A DNA stretch of 32,000 nt. It comes from Geotalea daltonii FRC-32 (GTDB taxonomy: Bacteria > Desulfobacterota > Desulfuromonadia > Geobacterales > Geobacteraceae). The stretch's first letter is position 1, and each line of letters opens with the position of its first letter. The stretch covers positions 2,550,001 through 2,582,000 of the forward strand of contig NC_011979.1 in the NCBI RefSeq assembly GCF_000022265.1, given 5' to 3'. A program made the position numbers and the translations under genes. The notes beneath the pieces were generated by a model. The model was given only the letters and a program-made list of their open reading frames with translations, was not told where the DNA came from and did no database searches. This document shows, one piece after another, positions 16,602 to 24,554 of the stretch.

Positions 16602-18059
16602 TTAACCCTTTATATTTCCGATAGGAAGCAGCCGCGCTACGCGCTTGCTCAATCCGGCCAGTTCGGTGGCTTCAACCACTTCATCGATGTCTTTGTAGGC
16701 AGCTCCTGCCTCCTCGGCCAGTCCACCCCAGGAATCGGTCCTGACGTAAATGCCCCGCTCTTCCATATCCCGCTGCAGCTTCTGCCCCTTGCCAAGTTTT
16801 TTGGCCTGATGGCGGCTCATGGTGCGGCCGCTACCGTGGGCGGTGGAAAAGAAAGTTTCGGCACCGCTCTCCATGCCGGCAAGAAGGTACGACCCCGTTT
16901 CCATGCTGCCGCCTATGATTACCGGCTGCCCGGTTTCCCGGTAGCAGTCGGGAAGCCCCTCCATGCCGGGACCGAAGGCACGGGTAGAGCCTTTGCGATG
17001 GATGAGAACATCCCTTTTCTTGCCGTTTATGACATGTTTTTCGATCTTTGCGGTATTGTGGGCCACGTCGTAGACCATGTTCATCCCCAGGTCTTCCGGG
17101 CTCTTGTGGAAGATGGACGAAAAGACCTCCCGGATTCGGTGCAGGATCACTTGGCGGTTGGCAAAGGCCATGTTTACCGCACATTTCATGGCGGCAAAAT
17201 AATCCTGCCCTTCAGGTGACTGGAACGGCGCGCATGAAAGTTCACGGTCCAGCTTCTTCAGCCCGTATTTTCTCTCCATGACGCTGAGGAACAGCTGCAG
17301 GTAATCGGTGGCAACCTGGTGGCCGAAGCCGCGGCTGCCGCAGTGGAACATGATGGCGATCTGGTTGGGCATGGTCAGGCCGAAGGCGCGGGCCAGGCTT
17401 TCATCAATTATATTTTCCGGCTTTGCCACCTGGATTTCGCAGTAATGGTTGCCCGATCCGAGGGTTCCAACCTGATCGTAGCCCCTTTCGATTGCCTTGT
17501 GGCTGACCTTAGATGCATCCGCACCCGGAAAGCAGCCTTCCTCCTCGGTCATTTCCAGGTCTAGAGGCCAGGCGTAGCCGTTTTTCAGACACCAGCGTGA
17601 ACCCTGTTCCAGAATATCGCGGAACTCAGTTTGGGAGCATTTTACGAAACCGGTACAGCCGACCCCGCTGGGAACCCGATAGAAAAGGGCATCCACCAGC
17701 CGGTGAATGTGCGGCTTGACCTCCTCCAGCGTCAGGTTGGTAAGCACCAGCCGCATGCCGCAGTTGATGTCGAAGCCGATCCCTCCCGGCGAGATGACGC
17801 CGTGCTGCGGATCCATGGCCGCTACGCCGCCGATAGGGAAACCGTAACCCCAGTGTCCGTCAGGCATGCAGTAGGCGTAGTTGATGATGCCCGGCAGGCA
17901 TGCCACATTTGTTACCTGGTCGAAGACGCCTGCGTCCATCTCCCGGACAAGCTTCTCGGTGGCAACGATACGCGCCGGAACAAGCATTCCCGGCTTGTAA
18001 GAAACCGGCAGCTCCCAAAGGGTGTCCGATATCTTTTTCAGGGAAGAGGGAAGGGCCAT
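16602..18059 (-). CDS. rtcB: RNA 3'-phosphate/5'-OH ligase RtcB, long archaeal/eukaryal-like type, 485 aa
   Basis: GGIGFDINCGMRL, GTLGSGNHYCEIQ, FHCGSRGFGHQ, VAHNTAKIE and STAHGSGR are conserved RtcB metal/GMP-histidine site motifs. AAGGAGAAAG RBS precedes the ATG at 18059. Confidence 0.95.
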   Translation of the reverse strand: MALPSSLKKISDTLWELPVSYKPGMLVPARIVATEKLVREMDAGVFDQVTNVACLPGIINYAYCMPDGHWGYGFPIGGVAAMDPQHGVISPGGIGFDINCGMRLVLTNLTLEEVKPHIHRLVDALFYRVPSGVGCTGFVKCSQTEFRDILEQGSRWCLKNGYAWPLDLEMTEEEGCFPGADASKVSHKAIERGYDQVGTLGSGNHYCEIQVAKPENIIDESLARAFGLTMPNQIAIMFHCGSRGFGHQVATDYLQLFLSVMERKYGLKKLDRELSCAPFQSPEGQDYFAAMKCAVNMAFANRQVILHRIREVFSSIFHKSPEDLGMNMVYDVAHNTAKIEKHVINGKKRDVLIHRKGSTRAFGPGMEGLPDCYRETGQPVIIGGSMETGSYLLAGMESGAETFFSTAHGSGRTMSRHQAKKLGKGQKLQRDMEERGIYVRTDSWGGLAEEAGAAYKDIDEVVEATELAGLSKRVARLLPIGNIKG

Positions 18060-18120
18060 TTATCTTTCTCCTTGTTTATAAAAATACTACCACAAAAAGA
18101 AAGGATGGTTGCTACCGCTT

Positions 18121-18287
18121 CTAGGAGTCTGTCGGACTTAGGGATCGAAGCGAGAGAATGGAAAATCGAGGACGGATATTTGGAAATTTGAGAGCGAATA
18201 GTGGACCTATTTGTCGAAAATTTACGGAGATCCGGACCGATTTGCCATTTTCGCAGCCGATTCGTTCTAAGTCCGACAGACTCCTAG
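18121..18287. repeat. 167-bp foldback element with perfect 21-bp terminal inverted repeats and imperfectly complementary interior arms (MITE-like, or a very long hairpin)
   Basis: CTAGGAGTCTGTCGGACTTAG (18121-18141) is the exact reverse complement of 18267-18287. The interiors (~18142-18195 and ~18212-18266) are only partly complementary, for example GAATGGAAAATCGAGGACGGAT against ATCCGGACCGATTTGCCATTTTC. The termini are CTAG on both sides. Confidence 0.75.
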
Positions 18288-19009
18288 CGGCTCAATGCTT
18301 CTTTTGCCTGCCGCAGGCTGATCTTCTTCTTGGTCATGAGGGCGTGGTGGTGGATTAGCTGGAGAGCATCGAGCAGGGTGGGAATATCCCGATGCAGATG
18401 GACAAGGAGGTAGGCAATCACTTCCTCCGGCACGACAATCTGTCGGTCTTCAGCCAGCTTCTGCAGGATCATGCGCAGGGAATCGTCACCGGAAATATCC
18501 AGCTTGGAGACCAAGCCCCACAACAGGCGGGAGGTCAGGTGTCCGTCAAGGTTGGGAAGTTCCTTAGGTGGATAAAGTCCGCTGATGGCGATTTTTTTGC
18601 CTGCGGTGTAAAAGTCGTTGAACAGCTGCCAGAGTTCCACACGGATGCTGTCGTTGTCCGGTATGAGATGGATGTCATCGATGAGGAGCGCCGGAGAGCT
18701 TTTGAACTGCTCGGCCAGCTTTGACAGTTCTTCGGCAGGATAATGGCCGTCATAGATCTTGTCGATGTCCTTGAACGAGATGGAGGGCAGGGCGGCAAGG
18801 CCCGACTGGCTGCCGATGCTGTTGGCGATGGCGGTGAGGAGATGGGTTTTGCCGGATCCCTTTGCGCCGTAGAGATAGAGGAGATTTTCAGTGCCGTCCC
18901 CTTCTGCCAGCTGTCTGGCAAAATGGTAGGCGGTTTTGTTGCCGGCGCAGACAACGAAATTGTCGAAGCCGTATTTGGAATTAACCGGAAAATCGAAGAT
19001 AAGCTGCAT
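18284..19009 (-). CDS. hda: Hda-like DnaA-related AAA+ protein (regulatory inactivation of DnaA), 241 aa
   Basis: Collinear with Hda/DnaA domain III: Walker A GAKGSGKTHLL, Walker B LLIDDIHL, and box VII-like LTSRLLWG. The N-terminus MQLIFDF resembles the QL[SD]LF beta-clamp-binding motif of Hda, which supports the ATG at 19009 over the TTG at 19015. The ruvB stop lies 2 nt upstream. Confidence 0.75.
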   Translation of the reverse strand: MQLIFDFPVNSKYGFDNFVVCAGNKTAYHFARQLAEGDGTENLLYLYGAKGSGKTHLLTAIANSIGSQSGLAALPSISFKDIDKIYDGHYPAEELSKLAEQFKSSPALLIDDIHLIPDNDSIRVELWQLFNDFYTAGKKIAISGLYPPKELPNLDGHLTSRLLWGLVSKLDISGDDSLRMILQKLAEDRQIVVPEEVIAYLLVHLHRDIPTLLDALQLIHHHALMTKKKISLRQAKEALSR

Positions 19010-19011
19010 GA

Positions 19012-20031
19012 TCAATCCTGGAAAAGTTTGCCCTGCGGCGGTTCAGGTACAATGCGTCCGAAATGCTCATAGGCGGCCCTGGTGGCGACCCGGCCGCGCG
19101 GGGTGCGGTTGAGAAAGCCGTTTTGGATCAGGAAAGGCTCGTATACATCCTCGATGGTGTCGCTTTCCTCGCTGATGGCGGCAGCAATGGTGTCAAGCCC
19201 CACCGGTCCGCCGCCGAACTTGTCGATGATGGTCAAAAGGATCATGCGATCCATGTAATCGAAGCCCATGTGATCGATTTCCAGAAGAGCAAGGGCGTCC
19301 TGCACCACGTTGAGGGTGATGACGCCGTCCGCCTTCACCTGGGCGAAGTCGCGGACCCTGCGCAGGAGCCGATTGGCAATCCTTGGCGTGCCACGGCTGC
19401 GGCGGGCCAGCTCGGTGGCCCCTTCCGGTTTTATTTCCATGCCGAGAATGCGGGCCGAACGGGTGATGATGAACGCCAGTTCTTCAATGGTGTAGAACTC
19501 CAGGCGGGAGATAACGCCAAAGCGGTCTCTTAAAGGTGATGACAGAAGCCCCGCCCGTGTCGTCGCCCCCACCAGGGTGAATTTGGGCAGGTCGAGCTTT
19601 ATTGTGCGGGCGCTTGGCCCCTGGCCGATGATGATATCCAGCTGGAAATCCTCCATGGCCGGGTAGAGGATCTCTTCCACCACATGGGAAAGGCGGTGGA
19701 TCTCGTCGATGAAGAGCACATCGTGGGTTTCCAGATTGGTGAGAATGGCGGCCAGGTCCCCCGGTCGTTCGATGACCGGCCCGGAAGTGGACTTGATGTT
19801 GACCCCCATTTCGCAGGCGATGATGTTGGCCAGGGTGGTCTTTCCCAATCCGGGCGGCCCATAGAGAAGCACATGATCCAGGGCTTCGCCCCGCCCCCGG
19901 GCGGCTTCGATGAAAACCCGCAGGTTCCCCTTGGCCTTTTCCTGGCCCACATAGTCGTCCAGTGACTTGGGGCGCAGCGTTGCTTCCAGGAGATCATCAT
20001 CGGTCATGTCGGGAGTAATGGTCCGGGTCAT
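19012..20031 (-). CDS. ruvB: Holliday junction branch migration helicase RuvB, 339 aa
   Basis: [16 protein letters not shown], Walker [12 protein letters not shown], Walker [28 protein letters not shown] and [23 protein letters not shown] upstream. Confidence 0.97.
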   Translation of the reverse strand: MTRTITPDMTDDDLLEATLRPKSLDDYVGQEKAKGNLRVFIEAARGRGEALDHVLLYGPPGLGKTTLANIIACEMGVNIKSTSGPVIERPGDLAAILTNLETHDVLFIDEIHRLSHVVEEILYPAMEDFQLDIIIGQGPSARTIKLDLPKFTLVGATTRAGLLSSPLRDRFGVISRLEFYTIEELAFIITRSARILGMEIKPEGATELARRSRGTPRIANRLLRRVRDFAQVKADGVITLNVVQDALALLEIDHMGFDYMDRMILLTIIDKFGGGPVGLDTIAAAISEESDTIEDVYEPFLIQNGFLNRTPRGRVATRAAYEHFGRIVPEPPQGKLFQD

Positions 20032-20062
20032 CTATTTTCCTTGGGGGTTGAGAACGGCCTAA

Positions 20063-20089
20063 AGTATACCAGTTGCCGGGAAAGGTCAA
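20063..20089 (-). promoter_or_regulatory. Candidate sigma-70 promoter dedicated to ruvB(-hda)
   Basis: The minus strand reads TTGACC, a 15-nt spacer, then TGgTATACT (extended -10), about 30 nt upstream of the ruvB ATG. The short spacer lowers confidence. Confidence 0.4.
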
Positions 20090-20231
20090 GCGGGGAGGGT
20101 CCTTGAAAAATTGAAGCTGATGAGACCGATATTGCTGAAGTAGCGTGTTCCCCGCACGAAGAAGCTGTGAAGAAGTTCACGAGCTAATGGGTTGGGTGTC
20201 GCTTTCGTGGGGTGGTCTTTCAGAGGGGGAG

Positions 20232-20468
20232 CTAGTGCTTGATCGGGTGGCCTTCGAGGTAAAGAGTGTCAGCACTTAAATCGACTTCATTTTCCCATTC
20301 GATGAAGTACCCTCCGTTGCGAATGCGTTTGAAAGTGTGAATATCTTGCAGTCCGGCAAACGGTTGATTTTGAAAACTGTTTCCCCTGCGACTGCTTTCG
20401 CTATTCAAGACGGCAACATTCTTGAGGGATTGCTGCCGACATCGAAGCGAAAGTTCCATCTCGTACAT
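20232..20468 (-). CDS. Orphan DUF2442-like small protein, 78 aa, inserted between ruvA and ruvB
   Basis: The C-terminal half PFAGLQDIHTFKRIRNGGYFIEWENEVDLSADTLY follows the DUF2442 pattern (F..L.D..yF..v...G.i.W.n..Dl.pe.LY), and the length fits. No convincing RBS precedes the ATG at 20468, and no DUF4160 partner is present. Confidence 0.45.
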   Translation of the reverse strand: MYEMELSLRCRQQSLKNVAVLNSESSRRGNSFQNQPFAGLQDIHTFKRIRNGGYFIEWENEVDLSADTLYLEGHPIKH

Positions 20469-20522
20469 TGTATGGTCATCGGATGGCCTGTAAGGGCCTC
20501 GTGAAGATGGTGATGCTCCTGA

Positions 20523-21122
20523 TCATTTCATCAGCTTCTTCAATGCCTGTTTGAGAAGGGACTCGACGGTGGCATCTGCGGCTACGCCTATTTCATCCAC
20601 AGTCTTCTGTACAACCGCTTCCTTATATCCCAGATTGACGAGAGCGGAAACCACATCATCTCTCATATCGTTGTGGGCGTCGGCCGGGGCCACATCCTGC
20701 TGCAGGGGTCCATGCCCGAGTTTCTTCACCTTTTCCCGCAGTTCCAGCACCAGCCGCTCGGCGGTCTTCTTGCCGATCCCCGGTATGGTGGCCAGTCTGG
20801 CCAAGTCCCCCCTGATCAGGGCGTCGGAAAGATTTTGTGCTTCAATGTTGGAGAGTATGCCATTCCCCAGCTTGGGACCGATACCGGACACAGAAATAAG
20901 GAGTTGGAACATTTCCTTCTCCTCCATGGTCCTGAAGCCGTAGAGGTTGATGGCATCTTCCTTGACATGGGTGAATATATTGAGGGAGACGCTGCTGCCC
21001 CCCTCAGGAAGGGCATAGTAGGTGGAAAAGGGAATCTGCACCCGGTAGCCGACGCCGTTCACGTCGAGAATGATGAAGTCCGGCGATTTGTGGGCGAGCT
21101 TTCCTGTTAAAAGCGCTATCAT
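20523..21122 (-). CDS. ruvA: Holliday junction DNA-binding protein RuvA, 199 aa
   Basis: MIALLTGKL...[12 protein letters not shown], helix-hairpin-helix motifs GIGPKLG and [12 protein letters not shown], and a C-terminal domain III. The start overlaps the ruvC stop (ATGA at 21122-21119). Confidence 0.95.
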
Positions 21123-21640
21123 TTGTACCTCTTGGACTTAATCTCTTGGACAGATGCACTGGTGAGGCGTTTGATTGTAACTGAATGGGCATGGCAGATG
21201 GCCACGGCAAGGGCGTCGGAAGCATCTTCCTGGGCGATCTCCGGCAGATTGAGCAATACCTTGATCATCTGCTGCACCTGCTGTTTGGCGGCCTTGCCGT
21301 TGCCTACCACTGCCTGCTTGACCTGCAGGGCCGTGTATTCGAAGACATCGAGTCCGGCATTGACGCCGGCAACGATGGCCGCGCCCCTGGCCTGCCCCAG
21401 TTTCAGGGCACTCTGGACATTGTTGGAGAAGAAGATATTTTCCACGGCCACAGCGTCAGGGCGGTAGGTTTCGATGATTTCGCTCAGGCTGCCGTAGATG
21501 CGTTTGAGACGGGATGGGAAATCCTTTGCGCTGTCGGTAAAGATGGCGCCGTTGTCCACATGAATAAGACGGTTTCCTTCTTTGGTGACGATGCCGTAGC
21601 CGGTGATGCGTGAACCTGGGTCAATGCCGAGTATTTTCAT
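21119..21640 (-). CDS. ruvC: Holliday junction resolvase RuvC, 173 aa
   Basis: [25 protein letters not shown] and [13 protein letters not shown]. The ATG at 21640 has AAAGGGA upstream. The TTG at 21673 in the ORF track falls inside the upstream hairpin and is rejected. Confidence 0.93.
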
Positions 21641-21660
21641 GATCCCTTTGGAAACATTAA

Positions 21661-21682
21661 GGGCGGGTTTCAAAACCCGCCC
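21661..21682 (-). terminator. GC-rich hairpin between yebC and ruvC (attenuator or weak intrinsic terminator)
   Basis: GGGCGGGTTT / AAACCCGCCC form a 9-10 bp stem. On the minus strand it is followed only by TTAATGTTT, so any termination is probably partial. Confidence 0.45.
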
Positions 21683-21689
21683 TCGGTAG

Positions 21690-22433
21690 CTACATCATTT
21701 TATCCATTTCTTCTTCAGAGATGTCGAAATTGGAATAAACGTTCTGGACGTCATCATTGTCCTCCATCCGATCCATGAGTTTCAGCATGTTTTCCGCCTG
21801 TTTTCCTTCCAGCTTGACCATGGTCTGTGGAATCATGGTCACTTCGGCGGAGTCCGGCTTGAATCCGGCCTTTTCCAAGGCATCCCTTACTTCCATGAAA
21901 TTGGACGGATCTGTTGTTACCTCGATCTGCTCGTCTTCGTCGCTTACGTCTTCTGCGCCTGCTTCGATGGCTGCTTCAAACAGCTTGTCGAAATCGACGC
22001 TTTTGGGGAAAACGATCAGCCCTTTCTTATCGAACATCCAGGATACACAACCGGCTTCACCCATGTTGCCGTTGCATTTGGTGAAGATGCTGCGCACGTC
22101 GGAAACGGTACGGTTGCGGTTGTCGGTCATCACCTCAACCAGAACGGCAGCTCCGCCGGGGCCGTATCCCTCGTAGGTGGTTTCTTCGTAGACGACACCG
22201 TCCATGCCGCCGGTTCCCTTTTTGATGGCGCGTTCTATGTTATCCTTGGGCATGTTTTCACCCTTGGCTTTGTCGATGGCGGTGCGGAGTCGCGGATTGC
22301 CGTCAGGATCGCCACCACCCAGCTTTGCGGCGACGGTAATCTCCTTGATCAATTTGGTGAATATCTTGCCGCGCTTGGCATCGGCAGCGCCTTTTTTGTG
22401 TTTGATGGTACTCCACTTATTATGTCCTGACAT
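21690..22433 (-). CDS. yebC: YebC/PmpR-family transcriptional/translational regulator, 247 aa
   Basis: [50 protein letters not shown] is the canonical YebC N-terminus. The ATG at 22433 gives the family-typical start and length. Confidence 0.92.
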
Positions 22434-22504
22434 GTGGTGCAATTCCTTTCGTGGTTGTTATCCGCTTCAAAAAAACGTGGAATACTAACATGGAGAAAAT
22501 ATGG

Positions 22505-22532
22505 TTGTAAAGAGAGAAAATACGGGTAAAAT
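22505..22532 (+). promoter_or_regulatory. Candidate sigma-70 promoter for the 22567 lipoprotein gene
   Basis: TTGTAA (22505-22510), a 16-nt spacer, then TAAAAT (22527-22532). The RBS GGAGGG lies at 22554-22559. Confidence 0.45.
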
Positions 22533-22566
22533 TAGCCGTATTGTTTAAAATTTGGAGGGTATAGCC

Positions 22567-22998
22567 ATGTCGCAACAACGATTCGAAGAAATGAGCAGCA
22601 AGGGTGGAGACGGCCAGGGTAGACGTCTGGGTGACGCTTCAAGGCAATGGCGGGTCGCACAGCGTTACCTTGCCTGTGCCTTGTTGCTGGTGCTTTTTAT
22701 CAGTGGCTGTGCCATATTCAAGTCTGAAATGGATCTTCCTCCACTTTTGGCACAGGATGAGGTGGTTCGCCCCTTTACCAAACTGGCTGTTGTTCAGGTG
22801 AGCCGTCAGCGCTTCGGTACGTCCTATGATCTTAAAACCGAAGATTATGGCTGGGCATATGAAGCGCTGAGAGAGGAGGCGGCAAAGATTGGCGCCGACG
22901 CTGTCATTTTCTCGGAGGTCAAACTTGAAGCCTCTTCCTATCTGTTGTTTCCCATGGCCACTGTAGATGCCCGCGGAACTGCAATTCGATTTCGCTGA
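22567..22998 (+). CDS. Lipoprotein of unknown function with an unusually long charged N-region, 143 aa
   Basis: The ATG at 22567 lies 7 nt after GGAGGG. Lipobox LFISGC at residues ~44-49. The C-terminal EALREEAAKIGADAVIF...GTAIRF is typical of small periplasmic/OM lipoproteins. No family name can be assigned from memory. Confidence 0.7.
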   Translation: MSQQRFEEMSSKGGDGQGRRLGDASRQWRVAQRYLACALLLVLFISGCAIFKSEMDLPPLLAQDEVVRPFTKLAVVQVSRQRFGTSYDLKTEDYGWAYEALREEAAKIGADAVIFSEVKLEASSYLLFPMATVDARGTAIRFR

Positions 22999-23078
22999 AC
23001 CGACCTATCCCCATCCCCTTTCTGTTTCCGTCTTTTTTCATTCCCATCGTTTTATATCCCCATAAGCCGTGGCCTGTT

Positions 23079-23110
23079 CTGGATTGACGCAAATACAGCT
23101 TGCGATCCAG
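23079..23110 (+). terminator. Possible terminator hairpin downstream of the lipoprotein gene
   Basis: CTGGAT(tga)CGCAA-atacagc-TTGCGATCCAG is an 11-bp stem with a 3-nt bulge, followed by ACACATTTTGATTATTT. Confidence 0.35.
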
Positions 23111-23252
23111 ACACATTTTGATTATTTATCAACCTTCGTTTTAATCATGTGGTAGAGGGTCGCAGCGTTTAATCGAATTGCCGTTGAAAAATGTAACTGA
23201 TTGTTATAGCGCTAGTTATTCCCTGTTTGGCGATGATTAGGAGAAAATAGTC

Positions 23253-23281
23253 TTGACTGTAATAAAACATTGTGCTAAAAA
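23253..23281 (+). promoter_or_regulatory. Sigma-70-type promoter for the IclR-family gene
   Basis: TTGACT (23253-23258), a 17-nt spacer ending in TGc (extended -10), then TAAAAA (23276-23281). Confidence 0.55.
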
Positions 23282-23304
23282 AATAACAAAAGCTGTTTTC
23301 CAAA

Positions 23305-23325
23305 GTTTAAAACATTCATTTAAAC
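23305..23325. promoter_or_regulatory. Palindrome GTTTAAA-N7-TTTAAAC in the iclR leader (possible operator)
   Basis: A perfect 7-bp inverted repeat lies between the predicted -10 and the ATG at 23345. Confidence 0.3.
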
Positions 23326-23344
23326 CTGCGTAAACGGGGCAACT

Positions 23345-24109
23345 ATGGACCGCGAAAAAAGTTCATATGCAGTTCAGAGTGTTGAAAATGCACTTGATAT
23401 ACTTGAGGTCCTGGCTGATGAAATTCATGACGGAACTCTGCCGTATCTGGCGGGTAAGCTGGGCATCAGCAGAAACAAAACTTTCCGTCTCCTGGCAACC
23501 TTGGAAGGGCGTGGCCTGGTCGAAAAAGATGAGTGGAGCGGTAATTATCATCTTGGCGTTACCACGGTGGAACTGGCCCAGCGGTTCTTGCGCAACATCA
23601 GCATGATCAAGCATGCCCATCCAGTCATGGAGTCCCTGGCGAGGAAGCACGATGAGGCAGTGTATATGACTGTCCTGCGCGGAAGCGAGGTGCTTTTTCT
23701 CGATATGGTTGACTGCGACCAGCAGATCAAGGCCGAATCTTTTGTCGGCAAAAGATTTCCATTTTTCACCAATGCCGCGGGTAAGGCAATCAAAGCAATG
23801 GAATCAAAGGATGTGTTGGAAAAATATTTTCATCACCGGCGCAAGGAGATCCCGAATCAGTTAGGACTGGAAGCAGAGCTTGAGCTGATCCGCGAGAAGG
23901 GCGTTGCTGTGGATATAGGGGGGCTTGGCGAGGGAATTGTCAGTGTTGCCGTGGCAGTAAGGGATTATGCCGGGAAGGTGGTCGGCGCCATTGCCATGCT
24001 CGGTCCCTCCTTCCGAATGGTGGCAGGGCGACTGGAAAATGAAATTATTCCTTCATTGTGTGAAGGGGCTGAAATGCTTTCCATGAAATTTGGTTATGCC
24101 AAAATGTGA
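23345..24109 (+). CDS. IclR-family transcriptional regulator, 254 aa
   Basis: N-terminal winged HTH (SVENALDILEVLAD...LPYLAGKLGISRNKTFRLLATLEGRGLV). The C-terminal effector domain carries the IclR signature (GEGIVSVAVAVRDYAGKVVGAIAMLGP). Confidence 0.9.
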   Translation: MDREKSSYAVQSVENALDILEVLADEIHDGTLPYLAGKLGISRNKTFRLLATLEGRGLVEKDEWSGNYHLGVTTVELAQRFLRNISMIKHAHPVMESLARKHDEAVYMTVLRGSEVLFLDMVDCDQQIKAESFVGKRFPFFTNAAGKAIKAMESKDVLEKYFHHRRKEIPNQLGLEAELELIREKGVAVDIGGLGEGIVSVAVAVRDYAGKVVGAIAMLGPSFRMVAGRLENEIIPSLCEGAEMLSMKFGYAKM

Positions 24110-24230
24110 ATTTAATGTGCATCATTGATTAACAAATCAACGAAAGGGGGGCTGCATCAAGGTTTAATGTTGTTTGAAGCGGAGTCGCTTCCTCCAAATG
24201 GTTAAATTACTAATGAAAGGAGTAACTACC

Positions 24231-24539
24231 ATGGCAGAAAAACAGTATGATTGGGGGGCTATAGCCAAAAACCCAAAATTTGTCGAACTCCACCACAAAA
24301 AGACAACATTTCTTTTTGGCTGGTGGATATTCTCGTCGGTGTTTTATTTCCTCCTCCCCATCGGCGCAGCGTACACACCTGGTCTTTTCAAAATCAAGAT
24401 CATCAGCAACATCAACTTTGGTTATTTGTTCGCTCTTTCCCAGTTCTTCGTTTCCTGGGGAATAGCTATGTATTATGCGCATGTTGCCAATAAGGACTTC
24501 GACCGGCTCACCCGTGAACTGGTCGATGAGCTCAAGTAA
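24231..24539 (+). CDS. yjcH: DUF485 (YjcH-like) inner membrane protein, actP partner, 102 aa
   Basis: NPKFVELHHKKTTFLFGWWIFSSVFYFLLPIGAAYTPGLF plus a second TM helix. The ATG at 24231 has AGGAG 8 nt upstream. It sits immediately upstream of actP, as in the known yjcH-actP arrangement. Confidence 0.85.
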   Translation: MAEKQYDWGAIAKNPKFVELHHKKTTFLFGWWIFSSVFYFLLPIGAAYTPGLFKIKIISNINFGYLFALSQFFVSWGIAMYYAHVANKDFDRLTRELVDELK

Positions 24540-24554
24540 AGGGGGACGACATAG

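Noticed and set aside
16596-18191. Plus-strand ORFs of 207 aa (16596..17219) and 186 aa (17631..18191) opposite rtcB
   Set aside because: The RtcB motifs are unambiguous on the minus strand. The plus-strand frames are Gly/Ala/Arg/Pro-rich antisense artefacts.
20145-20158. GTGTTCCCCGCACG, resembling the 5' end of type I-E CRISPR repeats
   Set aside because: It is a single copy, with no matching CGGGGA palindrome arm, no repeat-spacer periodicity and no cas genes in the window.
20117-20161. CTGATGAG ... CGAAG, reminiscent of a hammerhead ribozyme core
   Set aside because: No helix II can form between the two boxes. The second box is GAAG rather than GAAA. No flanking helices I/III with a UH cleavage site are evident.
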